51,339 bases of DNA from Clostridiaceae bacterium (GCA_012520975.1 JAAYNF010000019.1:1-51339), one strand, 5' to 3'; numbered from the stretch's first letter, positions 39,700-50,768 are shown. Program-made: numbers and translations. Notes: generated from the letters alone by a model not told the origin.

Positions 39700-41517
39700 A
39701 TGCCATTAGACGGAATCACAATCAATTGCCTGGCTCTCGAATTAAATCAAGTCCTTGCCGGCGCACGTCTGGATCGGATTTACCAACCGGATCGTTATGA
39801 TATTTTCCTGACCTTTCGTCAAGCAAACGAGAATCTACGCTTAATTCTTTCGGCAAATCCCGCCTCTCCTCGCGTCCATCTGACCAAGGAGAACCGTGAT
39901 AATCCGGCTAACCCTCCCATGTTTTGCATGCTTTTGCGTAAACACCTGATCGGATCCAGATTGCTTGAGGTTTGCACCTCTGGATTTGAACGAATTCTGC
40001 AATTCAGATTCGCAACGGTTAACGAATTGGGTGATCCCTTGGTAAAAACGCTGGTTGCCGAAATCATGGGTCGGCACAGCAATATTATTTTGCTCAATCA
40101 GGATCAGCGCATCCATGACGCCATCTTACATGTGGATCAGACCATGAGCCGCGTGCGCGAGGTCATGCCTGCCCGTATTTACCAGCTGCCTCCTGATCAG
40201 AACAAACTGTCCCCAGATGAAGCCGCTACGCGCTTGGCCTTCAAGCAAAGCTGGCTGCCGCCGACCATGAATATGCAACCGCTGGAAAAAGTTCTTCTGG
40301 CAACGTTACAGGGGTTTTCTCCTCAGCTTTGCCAAGATATCCTTGACGCCGCCGGGTTGGATCCCCGTCTAAAACCCGCCCTGATGACACCGGCCGATGT
40401 ACAGGCTCTGACCGACGCCCTGCAGGCTCGTTTGACCGAGATTCTGGCTGGACAATACCGGCCGTCGACTTTTTACGATGCACCGGATTCCAATATTCCG
40501 ATTGATTTTCATGCCCTGCCCCTTAGGCAGTACCCTTGGCAAAAAACCACTGCCGGCATCTCCCAAGCCATGGATCTTTTTTATCTTGAACGCAGTCGGC
40601 AAAACACACTGCGCCAAAAAAAGCAATTCTTGGAAAAAATCCTGACCGACCGGCTGAAGCATACCCTAAAAAAGTTGTCGATCCACCAATCGGACATCGA
40701 AGAAAGTCAAAATCGAGAGCAATATCGCCTTTTTGGCGAACTTATTCTGGCCAACATCCATCTGGAAGAACCCAAGCTCAGCCTTTTACCTGCGATCAAT
40801 TATTATGACGAGGCCCAAACAATTGTGGAAATTCCGTTGGATCCCGGTCTCTCTTTGGCGAGTAATGCTCAACGCTATTTCAAACGTTATACCAAGGCTC
40901 GCGCCCGATATGAAAACAGCAGCCGTTTGGCCCAAGAAGATCAGAAAGATATTCAATGGATGGAAACCCTGCTCAACGCTCTCGCCTCGGCAACACATCC
41001 GGACGACCTGACAGCTGTACGGGAAGAAATGCAGGCCTGCGGCCTGTCAAACAAGAGTCACCGTCAACCCCGGACCCGGGAAAAACGAAAAAGCGGCAAA
41101 TCAGCCGTATTGCCGCCACGTCAGTATACCAGCAGTGATGGATTGACCATTTTGGTGGGTCGCAACAATCTGCAAAATGATCGCTTAACCATGAAAATGG
41201 CGCAAAAAGATGACATCTGGCTGCATGTGCAGAAATTACCCGGTACACATGTCATCATCCGGGCAAACCACCAACCGGTTCCGGAACAAACTTTGTTGGA
41301 AGCTGCGGCGATCGCCGCTTGGTTTTCCAAGGCGGCGGCTGCTTTCCCGCAATATCGCCAAGAAACAGCACCCGCCGGTAATCCTCAAAAGGTAGCCGTT
41401 GACTATTGCCCGGTCGGACACGTCCGCAAGCCGGCAGGCTCTCGCCCGGGAATGGTGGTTTATGACCGATACAAAACCATCATGGTCACTCCGCAAGAGC
41501 CGCCTGATCCGATTTGA
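39700..41517 (+). CDS. rqcH: Ribosome quality control protein RqcH (Rqc2/NFACT, FbpA family)
   Basis: MPLDG, PPMFCMLLRKHL, EIMGRHSNIIL, NAQRYFKRY.K, VGRNNLQND.LT, WLHVQKLPGTHV. Confidence 0.94.
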   Translation: MPLDGITINCLALELNQVLAGARLDRIYQPDRYDIFLTFRQANENLRLILSANPASPRVHLTKENRDNPANPPMFCMLLRKHLIGSRLLEVCTSGFERILQFRFATVNELGDPLVKTLVAEIMGRHSNIILLNQDQRIHDAILHVDQTMSRVREVMPARIYQLPPDQNKLSPDEAATRLAFKQSWLPPTMNMQPLEKVLLATLQGFSPQLCQDILDAAGLDPRLKPALMTPADVQALTDALQARLTEILAGQYRPSTFYDAPDSNIPIDFHALPLRQYPWQKTTAGISQAMDLFYLERSRQNTLRQKKQFLEKILTDRLKHTLKKLSIHQSDIEESQNREQYRLFGELILANIHLEEPKLSLLPAINYYDEAQTIVEIPLDPGLSLASNAQRYFKRYTKARARYENSSRLAQEDQKDIQWMETLLNALASATHPDDLTAVREEMQACGLSNKSHRQPRTREKRKSGKSAVLPPRQYTSSDGLTILVGRNNLQNDRLTMKMAQKDDIWLHVQKLPGTHVIIRANHQPVPEQTLLEAAAIAAWFSKAAAAFPQYRQETAPAGNPQKVAVDYCPVGHVRKPAGSRPGMVVYDRYKTIMVTPQEPPDPI

Positions 41518-42076
41518 TTTGCTCTTTAAAATCCGATAATTCCAGCGAAGGCAGACAACCGCAATATCTTTGCCGATAAAGGCCATCCTCTTTGGCCAAA
41601 CGCTGACCTTCACGATATCCGGAACGAAAATCCCGATCAACAAACAACAAACCGGCCGGTCGAGCAATCCGGTTTCCGATCTCGACGATGGCATCCCGAT
41701 CTTGCCACGGGCTGACCAATAAAGTCGTGGAAAAGGCCGGTATTCCAAGTTCAACCGCTTTGTCGGCCGTCGCCTGCAAGCGGCGACGATAACACATCCG
41801 GCAACGGGCCTCAACCGAATCGTCCCAGTTTTTCCAGATTTCCGGTTGGCAGATCGGATCGGCGATCAATTCCAGACCCAGCTTATGGGTCAAGATCTTG
41901 AGGTTTTCCAAGCGCCGTTTGTTTTCCACCGCTGGTTGGATGTTGGGATTTATATAGTAAATCAGAAGATTTTGTTTTTCCTGAAGCAAAAGCCGCGCCG
42001 GCCATTCGAGGCAGGGGCCGCAACAGGTGTGCAGCAGGAGATCACACTCATAATCCTTTGTTGCGTGCTCAGTCAT
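41486..42076 (-). CDS. queH: Epoxyqueuosine reductase QueH
   Basis: [41 protein letters not shown]. Confidence 0.92.
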   Translation of the reverse strand: MTEHATKDYECDLLLHTCCGPCLEWPARLLLQEKQNLLIYYINPNIQPAVENKRRLENLKILTHKLGLELIADPICQPEIWKNWDDSVEARCRMCYRRRLQATADKAVELGIPAFSTTLLVSPWQDRDAIVEIGNRIARPAGLLFVDRDFRSGYREGQRLAKEDGLYRQRYCGCLPSLELSDFKEQIKSDQAALAE

Positions 42077-43202
42077 CCGGCTCTTCTTCTCCGGCGGCCG
42101 CCCCGGTCAAATCCAACTCCAGCTGCGCCGGATTTCCATTTGCCATATTTCCCGTGCCTTTTAACTTTTTATCGTAATCGGCGGGGCAGGAAAGCCCTAA
42201 ATGCTCCCATCCCAAGCGGGTCAAAACACGGCCGCGAGGTGTTTTGGCCAGATAACCGATCTGCATTAGGTAGGGTTCGTAGACATCTTCGATGGTAACG
42301 GCATCTTCATTGCAACAAGCCGCTAAAGTATCCAAACCAACCGGCCCGCCGGAAAACATTTCGGCCATGTTGCGCATCAACCGCCGATCCGTGGCATCCA
42401 GGCCGACCTCATCGATTTCCAAAGCATTCAATCCATATTCGGCGATCGTCCGATTGATGACCCCGGAACCACGGACCTGGGCAAAGTCACGCATACGCTT
42501 GAGCAGGCGGATGGCGATTCGGGGCGTGCCCCGCGAACGGCTGGCGATGACATCAATACCATAGGCATCAATACCGATCTTCAGAATGGCGGCATCACGG
42601 CGCAGGATCTGACCGATTTCATTCGGTGTATATAATTCAAGCCGATTGATCATCCCGAATCGGTCGCGAAGCGGCGCGGTCAGAAGGCCGGCCCGGGTGG
42701 TTGCGCCGATCAGGGTAAACTGGGGAAGATCCAAGCGAATGGAACGCGCGCTCGGCCCTTTGCCGATCATGATATCCAGCGCATAGTCCTCCATCGCCGG
42801 ATAAAGGATTTCCTCGACACTGCGATTCAAGCGATGAATTTCATCAATGAATAAAACATCCCGATCGGTCAGATTGGTTAAAATCGCCGCCAAGTCGCCC
42901 GGTTTCTCGATTGCCGGACCGGTTGTGATCCGAAAATTGACACCCAGTTCGTTGGCGATAATACCGGCCAATGTTGTTTTGCCCAACCCCGGCGGGCCGT
43001 AAAGCAAAACATGGTCCAACGCTTCATCACGACCGCGGGCGGCCTCGATGAAAACCTGAAGGTTCTTCTTGACCTTTACCTGACCAAAATATTCCGCCCA
43101 GCGCGTTGGCCGCAAACCGGCTTCATCGCTGTCTTCCATTCGCCGTTCGCGGCTGATCAGCCGTTCTTGATCATCATAATCATAATCATAATCATCAAAC
43201 AA
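42069..43202 (-). CDS. ruvB: Holliday junction branch migration helicase RuvB
   Basis: [39 protein letters not shown]; TTG start 8 nt after GGAGG. Confidence 0.98.
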   Translation of the reverse strand: MFDDYDYDYDDQERLISRERRMEDSDEAGLRPTRWAEYFGQVKVKKNLQVFIEAARGRDEALDHVLLYGPPGLGKTTLAGIIANELGVNFRITTGPAIEKPGDLAAILTNLTDRDVLFIDEIHRLNRSVEEILYPAMEDYALDIMIGKGPSARSIRLDLPQFTLIGATTRAGLLTAPLRDRFGMINRLELYTPNEIGQILRRDAAILKIGIDAYGIDVIASRSRGTPRIAIRLLKRMRDFAQVRGSGVINRTIAEYGLNALEIDEVGLDATDRRLMRNMAEMFSGGPVGLDTLAACCNEDAVTIEDVYEPYLMQIGYLAKTPRGRVLTRLGWEHLGLSCPADYDKKLKGTGNMANGNPAQLELDLTGAAAGEEEPDD

Positions 43203-43215
43203 GCCATTATCCTCC

Positions 43216-43815
43216 TTAACGGACTAATTGTCGCAACGCCAGCTTGATCAATTCCTCCAGACCACAATCCGGAGTAAAAACAGCCGCCACGGCTTGCGTC
43301 GACTGAGCAGCGGAATAGCCCAAGACCATCAGGGCATTAACCGCCTCGGAACGCGGTGTCGAATCATCGGATAGCCGCTGACTGTCCGGACCGAGCTCTT
43401 CCGGAAGCTCCGCACCTTTTAATTTATCTTTCAACTCGAGAATCATCCGTTCCGCGCCTTTTCTACCGATGCCCCGAACCGAGGTCAAAGCCTTGATATC
43501 TCCGGTTATGATGGCCAAGGCAAACTGGCTGGGTGACAAAGTACCCACAATGGCGCTGGCGATCTTAGGACCGATGCCGCTGACCGTCAACAACAGTTCA
43601 AACATATGAAGCTCTTCCGAGGTCGGAAAGCCAAATAAAGCCTGCGTATCCTCGCGAACATGCAAATAAGTGTAAATGGTTCCTTCTTCTCCACGAGCCG
43701 GAAAACGTTCGATCAGCGCAGGCGCAGCCTGAATCCGGTAGCCGATTCCCTGATTGTCAACGACGATGTAATCGGCTTGGCGGGCAATCACCCGGCCGCG
43801 AATATAAGCATACAT
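43216..43815 (-). CDS. ruvA: Holliday junction branch migration protein RuvA
   Basis: [40 protein letters not shown]. Confidence 0.97.
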   Translation of the reverse strand: MYAYIRGRVIARQADYIVVDNQGIGYRIQAAPALIERFPARGEEGTIYTYLHVREDTQALFGFPTSEELHMFELLLTVSGIGPKIASAIVGTLSPSQFALAIITGDIKALTSVRGIGRKGAERMILELKDKLKGAELPEELGPDSQRLSDDSTPRSEAVNALMVLGYSAAQSTQAVAAVFTPDCGLEELIKLALRQLVR

Positions 43816-44318
43816 TACTGATATCCTCCTCTAGCCAGCGCTTCGGCTCGATTGCCGGAATGCGCGTGGCAAATGGCGACCGCCAACGCATCGGCAGCGT
43901 CATCCGGTTTGGGTACGCGCGGCAGACCCAACAAAACACGCACCATTTGCTGGACTTGGTGTTTATCGGCTCGTCCATAGCCGGATACAGCCAATTTGAC
44001 CTGCACAGGCGTATATTCATAGACCGGCAAACCGGCTCTGGCCCCCGACAACACAGCAACACCACGCCCTTGGGCCGCGCCGATCGCTGTCGTGGTATTT
44101 CGGCTGAAAAAAAGCTCCTCGACAGCCATGGCCGACGGGTGCCATTTTTCAATCAATTCGGTCAGGTCATCGGCAATTTTGAGCAGCCTTTTCTCAAAAG
44201 GCAAAGCGGGTTTGGTTGAAATCACGCCATACTCCAGACAGGTAAAGCGATTGGCATGGTAATCCAGCACACCATAACCCGTAATCGCATATCCGGGATC
44301 AATTCCTAAAATCACCAT
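43815..44318 (-). CDS. ruvC: Crossover junction endodeoxyribonuclease RuvC
   Basis: ILGIDPG, VEELFF, EYTP.QVK.AV.GYG.A.K, DDAADALAVAICH. Confidence 0.97.
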   Translation of the reverse strand: MVILGIDPGYAITGYGVLDYHANRFTCLEYGVISTKPALPFEKRLLKIADDLTELIEKWHPSAMAVEELFFSRNTTTAIGAAQGRGVAVLSGARAGLPVYEYTPVQVKLAVSGYGRADKHQVQQMVRVLLGLPRVPKPDDAADALAVAICHAHSGNRAEALARGGYQ

Positions 44319-44360
44319 AGGCAGGACGGTTCGTTCCTTTTCCAACACTAAACAACAAAC

Positions 44361-44372
44361 AAACAATCGTTC
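44361..44372 (-). promoter_or_regulatory. Probable LexA (SOS) box upstream of ruvCAB
   Basis: GAACGATTGTTT (GAAC-N4-GTTY) just downstream of an extended -10 TGaTATGAT. Confidence 0.55.
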
Positions 44373-44593
44373 CCCTATCATATCACAATCCGTCCGAACC
44401 AAGCAATGCGATCGATGGCCGGAGAAACGGACGCATTGCGTCATCAGAGTCACAACAAGCATGCCGAACACCGGTAAATCATCGAGTCGTTTTCATTATA
44501 GCAAATGACAACAGAATCTAACCACCCGATATGAACCTCGGGAGAAAAGCAACCTTCATCATAAAATCATCCTTATCACAGAGGGGTCACCGA

Positions 44594-44920
44594 TCAGGCG
44601 CAGCCGTGCCGCCTGATTTCTTGGTCGAGTCGGGTGGACGGCGGACAAACGGCCGACGTCCAAAGGAAATTCAATTCACTGTGGTCGACAGCCGTATCGG
44701 TCTGTCCGACCGGAAGAAAATCCGTAAGATAAGATGATGAGGGCAGGTCGCTTTCTATGAGGCGATTTTGCCGATCCGGTCGAATGTCAGCCGGCTGCCG
44801 GATTTGCCTCAATTCGATAACGGCTTGTCGCTCGGCCTGCCGGTACTGTGTAAAAAGGCCATAAATCAACAGGGCGGCGAACACCAAGAAAGCCCAAAAC
44901 AAAACATTAATTATCGACAT
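44594..44920 (-). CDS. Small single-TM hypothetical protein (108 aa), probably SOS-regulated
   Basis: GAGGTGA RBS; N-terminal TM IINVLFWAFLVFAALLIYGLF; two LexA boxes in its promoter. Confidence 0.65.
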   Translation of the reverse strand: MSIINVLFWAFLVFAALLIYGLFTQYRQAERQAVIELRQIRQPADIRPDRQNRLIESDLPSSSYLTDFLPVGQTDTAVDHSELNFLWTSAVCPPSTRLDQEIRRHGCA

Positions 44921-44940
44921 GATGGTCACCTCACTGTAAT

Positions 44941-45010
44941 CAAACATTTGTTCTATTTCAAGAATATCAGAACCCATTCCCCGTGTCAAGGCATTTCGAA
45001 CTTATGTTTG
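44941..45010 (-). promoter_or_regulatory. SigA promoter flanked by two LexA boxes
   Basis: TTGACA (44989-44984)-N17-TATTCT (44966-44961); AGAACAAATGTTTG at 44941-44954 (minus strand) and CGAACTTATGTTTG at 44997-45010 (plus strand). Confidence 0.8.
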
Positions 45011-45030
45011 TTATTTTTTGATTACATAAG

Positions 45031-45067
45031 AATAACACCGGTCAACAAACTGCTGTTGACCGGTGTC
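45031..45067 (-). terminator. Hairpin terminator after dCMP deaminase
   Basis: 13-bp perfect inverted repeat ACACCGGTCAACA / TGTTGACCGGTGT. Confidence 0.7.
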
Positions 45068-45100
45068 ATCCTCAAAACAAGCAAGCAAAAGAGAAAGTCG

Positions 45101-45601
45101 CTAGATATCTTCCTCCCGATAGGAGAGGGTCAATGATTGTAAGTTGCTTTTCAGGCGTCGATAACGAACACCCGCATGGTCCATCATCCGTTTTGAAGCC
45201 TTAACGCTGTCTGTCTCGGCGTATTTATCGGAAATGAAAACCACTTCACGAATCCCGGACTGGATAATTGCCTTGCCGCATTCATTGCAAGGAAATAGTG
45301 GCGTATAGATCGTACAGTCCTTAAGATTAAAGCCGACATTGTTCAGAATGGCGTTCAGCTCGGCGTGGCAGACATAAGGGTATTTCGTGTCCAAGGGTTC
45401 ACCTTCCCGGCCCCAAGGAAATTCATCATCGCTACATCCAATCGGCATGCCGTTATATCCAACCGAAACGATTTTATGTTCCGGACTGACTATGCAGGCG
45501 CCAACCTGGGTATTCGGATCCTTGCTTCTTTTGGCCGACAACAAGGCGATCCCCATGAAATATTCATCCCAGTTGATGTAGCCCGAACGTTTTATTGTCA
45601 T
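45101..45601 (-). CDS. dCMP deaminase (ComEB family)
   Basis: WDEYFM, RSKDPNTQVGACIV, GYNG, HAELNAI, PCNEC. Confidence 0.94.
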   Translation of the reverse strand: MTIKRSGYINWDEYFMGIALLSAKRSKDPNTQVGACIVSPEHKIVSVGYNGMPIGCSDDEFPWGREGEPLDTKYPYVCHAELNAILNNVGFNLKDCTIYTPLFPCNECGKAIIQSGIREVVFISDKYAETDSVKASKRMMDHAGVRYRRLKSNLQSLTLSYREEDI

Positions 45602-45665
45602 TGATTCCCTCCTGATTTTTTATGAGCATAGCACAGAAACTCCCAACGGCGCAATCACCCGGCGA

Positions 45666-46913
45666 TCAAAAATAACGCAGCAAATCCTCATACGTTTCCC
45701 GACGGCGAATCAGGACAGGTTCACCGTCCAGTCGGATCAGCACCTCCGCCGGTCGCAAACGATTGTTGTAATTTGAGCTCATAGCATAACCGTAGGCGCC
45801 GGTATCCAAGACAACAACCACGTCATTTGCCTCCAGGTCAGGCAGCGGTCGGTCGGCGGCGATAATGTCACCGCTTTCACAGATATTGCCGACCACGGTT
45901 ACGGGCTTGGTCTCGGAATCATCCAAATACCTGCCATCGCGGTAAATCCGAATATCATGCCAGGAATCGTAAAGTATGGGCCGCGCCAAGACATTAAATC
46001 CAAGATCAGTACCGGCATAAATGGTTTGACCGGTTTCCTTGACCGCGTGAACCGTGCCAAGCAAAACGCCGCATTCGGCAACGACATACCGACCGGGCTC
46101 GCTTTTGAAGAGCAGGTCGCGCCCATGGCGATCGGTAAAGGCTCTGATCAACCGGGTCAACTTTTTATTCAGGTCTCTCAGATCCAGCCGCTGCTCGCCG
46201 GACAGTTTGCGATGGGGAATGCCAAAACCGCCGCCTAGGTCAACCAGCTCCAAATCCGGGAACCGTTCAACCTGATCAAGAAGATACGCAGCCGCCCGGA
46301 GATAAGGTTCAGGCTCCATGAACAGCGAGCCAATGTGTTGGTTGATACCTACAATCCTAAGCCCATATCGCTCGGCCACACGACCGGCCTGGAACAGCTG
46401 AGCACCGGAAATTCCAAACTTGGTCCGCTCACCGGCGGTGACCACCTTCTCATGATGTCCCGCCCCAATACCCGGATTGATCCGAATGGCCACACGACTT
46501 CCCGGCAAAATTTTGCCCATGAGCTCCAGCTGGTCAAGAGAATCCAAGCTGGTCAAAATCTGTCGTTCGGCGGCAAATCTCAACTCATCCGCCGAGACAT
46601 TATTGGGCACAAAGAAAATCTGTTCCGGACGAAAACCTGCCTGCTCCAAGACAACGATCTCACCCGGGGACATGGCATCCGCCGAAAGTCCTTCCTCGCG
46701 AATGATTTTCAGCAGATGGAGATTGGAATTGGCCTTGATCGAATAGCTGGCGACAAATCGCGGATAGTCTATGATTCTCAGCATATCCTGACAGCGGCGA
46801 CGCAAAATACTCTCGTTATACACATAAAGAGGGCTGCCGAATCTGGCCAACAGCTCAGCCGGATCTGATCGACCGAAAAAAGTCTGACCGGCTATGTATT
46901 CTGATTCATGCAT
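45666..46913 (-). CDS. lysA: Diaminopimelate decarboxylase
   Basis: YSIKAN, KFG, HIGS, DLGGGFG, EPGR, GNICESGD, GAYGYAMSSNYN. Confidence 0.95.
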   Translation of the reverse strand: MHESEYIAGQTFFGRSDPAELLARFGSPLYVYNESILRRRCQDMLRIIDYPRFVASYSIKANSNLHLLKIIREEGLSADAMSPGEIVVLEQAGFRPEQIFFVPNNVSADELRFAAERQILTSLDSLDQLELMGKILPGSRVAIRINPGIGAGHHEKVVTAGERTKFGISGAQLFQAGRVAERYGLRIVGINQHIGSLFMEPEPYLRAAAYLLDQVERFPDLELVDLGGGFGIPHRKLSGEQRLDLRDLNKKLTRLIRAFTDRHGRDLLFKSEPGRYVVAECGVLLGTVHAVKETGQTIYAGTDLGFNVLARPILYDSWHDIRIYRDGRYLDDSETKPVTVVGNICESGDIIAADRPLPDLEANDVVVVLDTGAYGYAMSSNYNNRLRPAEVLIRLDGEPVLIRRRETYEDLLRYF

Positions 46914-47074
46914 TTGTTGGTCCTGTCCTCCCCGGATGATAAGATTTTCCTTGGCGGGTTAATAAAATTAAGAAAGCCGCCGCAGGGCGACAAAGCTTGG
47001 GTCAAAGCCGTTATTGTCAACAAGTAAGGATTCGGGCGACAAGATGACGCATCGCCTCGCCGCCCACCTTGTTG

Positions 47075-47464
47075 TTAGTCCGAATCGGATACCCAGAGGC
47101 CGTGCAGATTGCAGTACTCGTAGATGGATAATGGGCCGTCGTCCACGATAAAATCAGCTTCCGGAGCTTGCTCCGGTTCAAGATCCACACGCTGGGTCTT
47201 GGCGCCCTGCGCAACAAGAATCCACTGGATATAGTGAGCCTCGAGCATCGGATGCGCAACGCTGCTGACCTTGACATGCAGCTTGTTTCCCTGACGCTCG
47301 CCAACCGGAAGATGTTTTTCCGTGGCGGCATCCGTCGTGTTGGCGGTTAACAGCTCCATCGGTTGACCACAGCAGATCAACTCGCCGCCACCGTCTTCAA
47401 CGAGCTCGACCAGATTTTTGCAGATGCTGCAGTAATAAAAAGAACGCTCAAATGTCATAGACAA
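47075..47464 (-). CDS. dfx: Desulfoferrodoxin (2Fe superoxide reductase)
   Basis: CSICKN..CCGQPM, EKHLP, HPM...HYIQWI, YCNLHGLW. Confidence 0.94.
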   Translation of the reverse strand: MSMTFERSFYYCSICKNLVELVEDGGGELICCGQPMELLTANTTDAATEKHLPVGERQGNKLHVKVSSVAHPMLEAHYIQWILVAQGAKTQRVDLEPEQAPEADFIVDDGPLSIYEYCNLHGLWVSDSD

Positions 47465-47499
47465 ATCCTCCTTTGAATGGGCCCTTTGAACGGGCCGAC

Positions 47500-50304
47500 T
47501 TAACTTAGGGATATTGTACCATATCCGGACTGATTATCCGAATCGTCCGGCGCTTCTTCCGTATTGTTTTCTTGGATTAATTCCTCCGGCGATATTTCTG
47601 TCCGAGGCAGATCCGGTTGACTCGGCGCTTCGTCCGGCTGTAAAGAAACAGGGCGCAGCTGTTTCTTTCCGGAAGCGGCTCTCTTGTTTGTACCGGACGG
47701 TAAAAGAAAGACGATCAACAAGATCAGCAGACTGGCCAGTGAAACCAACAAACCAATGTTAAACCAAGGAGGAAGGTATTTCATCTTGATGGTGTGATGA
47801 CCCTCCTCGAGATCAATGCCGATAAAACCTTCGTCCAGTGCGATGACTACGGCCGGTTGGTCGTCGACGGTGATGGACCAGCCTTCATCGTAAGGGACGC
47901 TGAGCATGAGAACTCCGGCTTGCCGCGCAGTGATTGCGCCTTCAATCCGTGTGTCGGTGAAACGATCAAGGCGCAAACCATTGTCCCGGATGATCCCATG
48001 GGCCTTTTCGAAAGCTTCCTGATCCAAAGCATAGGAATGAAGATTGAACGAACCACTTTTAGAACTGTCGGAAGCATAAAACAGATTGAACTCCACCGAG
48101 GTTCCACCCTCGACAAAACCGACATCCACCAGCGTCGATCGCTTGGCATTGAAGTCGACGCGTGTCTCCCCTACCATGACATAACCTCGACTGGGTTTGT
48201 TGGCTGCTGTCTGAAAATAAAGATAGATCTGCCCGTCGGTCTCGACTTGGATATTAACTTTCACCGAGGATTCCTGATCGGTATTGGTTCGGGTATAGCT
48301 GTAATGGGACGACGTTCCCGTATTGGAAAGGGTCATATTGCCCACATCACCGCTTTGGCGCTCGACAGGCTTAAAGACATCGTCCACTCCGGACAAAGCC
48401 ATAACCAGACGGTTTTGCGCCTTTAACGGATCACCGGACGAGCTTTGCCAGTCCTTGAGCTCCGGTCGGCCGAGGTAGCCGATCGGAAGCGCATAGGGAT
48501 TCTTATAGACATCAATCAAGGACTCATCCATCACCAACCGACGCAACCGATCAACGGCATTCCCCGACCGGCGAATCAAATATTTGATGCCGAAAAGGGA
48601 ATCCAGAACAATCGTTGAGCTTTCGTATTTGTATGAATTGATGCCGTTGCTGTGAAAACCGAGATTTTCAAAGGTTTTGACCGGCTTGGTTGCCATTGTG
48701 GATGCAAAAATCGATAAACCGCGGTAATTATACATGAAACCGTCATTAATGGTTTTGGGAGGAACCGCCTCCATACGATAGAAAGTTCCCTTCCCTTCCT
48801 CTTCGGCAATCGTGGCGACGGCGGTGCGAATCTGAGCCACCTGCTCCCCCGACATATATCCCTCGCGGCTTGAATAGTATTCGGTGGTATCGATCCGGTG
48901 CACCGTCAGCAAGGTGTTCAACGTCAGCTCGGCGATAACCACCAGCAAAATCGCCAAAGCCACGTCGGACGAACGAATTTTCCCGACCCGATCCAGAGTC
49001 AGGACCGCCGCGTAAATGATGATAAAAATAATCGTGACGTAAATTGTTTGCAGTTCGACAGCCTTTTCATTGAGTTTCTGCGCCAACAAAACCAAGGCAA
49101 TGGCGCTGGCGCAGACAGCGCCGATTTGCTTGCCGGTAAACTCCTTAAGTGAACGCAAAGCCGGATAAGCAATGGATAAAATCAGGAAAATGTAAACGAA
49201 GGAATTGCGATAAGGCAACTGATTGGGGAAATGTTTTCCGTGCCAGATGAAATTGAGCACATTGATATTAAAGCTTAAAATCAGAAGAAGGATCAGGCCG
49301 ACATGCAGGAATTTTTGGCGCAAGGGAACCGATTTGGCGAAAAAATAAATGGGAATCATCAGCAAAGCCAGAATTCCGCAATACATATTGGGCATACCGT
49401 CGCGGATGGTGGGTGAAACCAGCATGAAATGCTGACCTATATAATCAAACAGTTGAAAATAGTGCGTAACTGTTTTGGGGAAGGCATCATTGGCCGCCGA
49501 AGTCAGTTGGAGAGAAAAATAAGTCGGCAACAGCATGATGGCGGACAAGCCGGCCCCAAGCAGCGACAAGCCGGCAAAACGCAAAATGCTGAGCAACAAC
49601 TTGCCCATTTGGCGAAAAGACTGATAACGAAAAAGACAAATGGGGAAATACAAAACAGTAAAAAGCACGATGAAAAAAGCAATGTAGTAGTTGGTATACA
49701 AGATATAGGCCAAGCTTAGGCAGTAAAGCAGACCCCGGCGATCCCGCACCAAACGGACCATTCCCAGCATCATCAACGGAAGAATGAACAATCCGTCCAG
49801 CCACATGATGTTCCAGGAATAGGCCAGCGAATAGGCCGATAACGCGTACAGACCGGACACAGCCACCATCTTGTAATTCTCTTCTTGCCAAACGCCGCGC
49901 AAAAACACAAAGAAAAACGCGCCGCAAAGGCCGATTTTAATCAGGGTCAGGAGCATGATGGCTTCGGTCACAAAGGCCGGCGGAAATAGAATCAAAATAA
50001 TGTTGAGCGGGCTGGCCAAGTAATATGACATCAGCGCCCAAAAATTAGTACCCAGCCCCCCGGCCCACGTAAAAAACAAGCTGCCGCCACTGGTCAGCTT
50101 GTTGCGCAGTTCCTCGATAAAAGGCGCGTATTGATGATAAAGATCGATGGTCAGGACATTCCGGTTGCCGACCGGAAAAATACCTCTGGTCATATAGCCG
50201 ATCAACAAAATAAGAGCCGGCAGGCCGAAAGCCACAAAGGCCAGGCGATTGCCGGCAAAGAACCGTCGTGGCTTTTCCATCAGGTTTTGCCTATTGATCC
50301 TCAT
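47500..50304 (-). CDS. YfhO family polytopic membrane protein (GT-C-like)
   Basis: DLYHQYAPF, YYLASPLN, WLDG, YTNYYIAF, WHG..FPN..PYR, SVPYDEGW. Confidence 0.9.
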   Translation of the reverse strand: MRINRQNLMEKPRRFFAGNRLAFVAFGLPALILLIGYMTRGIFPVGNRNVLTIDLYHQYAPFIEELRNKLTSGGSLFFTWAGGLGTNFWALMSYYLASPLNIILILFPPAFVTEAIMLLTLIKIGLCGAFFFVFLRGVWQEENYKMVAVSGLYALSAYSLAYSWNIMWLDGLFILPLMMLGMVRLVRDRRGLLYCLSLAYILYTNYYIAFFIVLFTVLYFPICLFRYQSFRQMGKLLLSILRFAGLSLLGAGLSAIMLLPTYFSLQLTSAANDAFPKTVTHYFQLFDYIGQHFMLVSPTIRDGMPNMYCGILALLMIPIYFFAKSVPLRQKFLHVGLILLLILSFNINVLNFIWHGKHFPNQLPYRNSFVYIFLILSIAYPALRSLKEFTGKQIGAVCASAIALVLLAQKLNEKAVELQTIYVTIIFIIIYAAVLTLDRVGKIRSSDVALAILLVVIAELTLNTLLTVHRIDTTEYYSSREGYMSGEQVAQIRTAVATIAEEEGKGTFYRMEAVPPKTINDGFMYNYRGLSIFASTMATKPVKTFENLGFHSNGINSYKYESSTIVLDSLFGIKYLIRRSGNAVDRLRRLVMDESLIDVYKNPYALPIGYLGRPELKDWQSSSGDPLKAQNRLVMALSGVDDVFKPVERQSGDVGNMTLSNTGTSSHYSYTRTNTDQESSVKVNIQVETDGQIYLYFQTAANKPSRGYVMVGETRVDFNAKRSTLVDVGFVEGGTSVEFNLFYASDSSKSGSFNLHSYALDQEAFEKAHGIIRDNGLRLDRFTDTRIEGAITARQAGVLMLSVPYDEGWSITVDDQPAVVIALDEGFIGIDLEEGHHTIKMKYLPPWFNIGLLVSLASLLILLIVFLLPSGTNKRAASGKKQLRPVSLQPDEAPSQPDLPRTEISPEELIQENNTEEAPDDSDNQSGYGTISLS

Positions 50305-50459
50305 ATGTCTTCTCCTTCGGTAACACAAAATCAAACCTGAGAACAAAAATCTAACAACGGCATTATATCACGGGTTTGGCGGTCATCCAAACCTCTGTTG
50401 GACAAACCACACCCTCAGGTCGGTATGGCGATCAAGAAAGTCTGCAGCACTCTATAAGA

Positions 50460-50768
50460 TTAGTGGTTAATCAGGTTGATGGTTCCGATGATCGGCAGCG
50501 GTGTGCTGGTTCCGTTGACAGCGGATATAATGCCCAAGATAATAAAGATCAGTGCTGCGATACCGAAGATCAACGGTACAATAAAGGTAAATGCCAAAAT
50601 CGAAGAAACAACCTGCATCAACAGGATCAACAAAGCCTGATTGGCATGGAACTTCCCGTAGGGATTTTTGTAATCGTCAGCCACCAGCGGCAGAAAAAAG
50701 AGAATGGGGATAATGTACATGATAACCGCGATGGGTTTTCCCCTCTTGACATCTTCTTGGTCAAACAT
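50460..50768 (-). CDS. DUF4870-like small membrane protein
   Basis: YIIPILFFLPL...KFHANQAL...GIISAVNG..PLPIIG. Confidence 0.8.
   Translation of the reverse strand: MFDQEDVKRGKPIAVIMYIIPILFFLPLVADDYKNPYGKFHANQALLILLMQVVSSILAFTFIVPLIFGIAALIFIILGIISAVNGTSTPLPIIGTINLINH

Noticed and set aside
43170-43197. ATCATA short repeats at the ruvB 5' end (DDYDYDYDD)
   Set aside because: In-frame hexamer with only about three copies; low-complexity coding sequence, not phase variation or CRISPR
44319-44471. N-terminal extension of RuvC
   Set aside because: Covers the promoter and LexA box; RuvC homology starts at MVILGIDPG
46914-47074. Possible lysine riboswitch upstream of lysA
   Set aside because: GC-rich stems are present, but I could not find the conserved L-box core; an Rfam/Infernal scan would be needed
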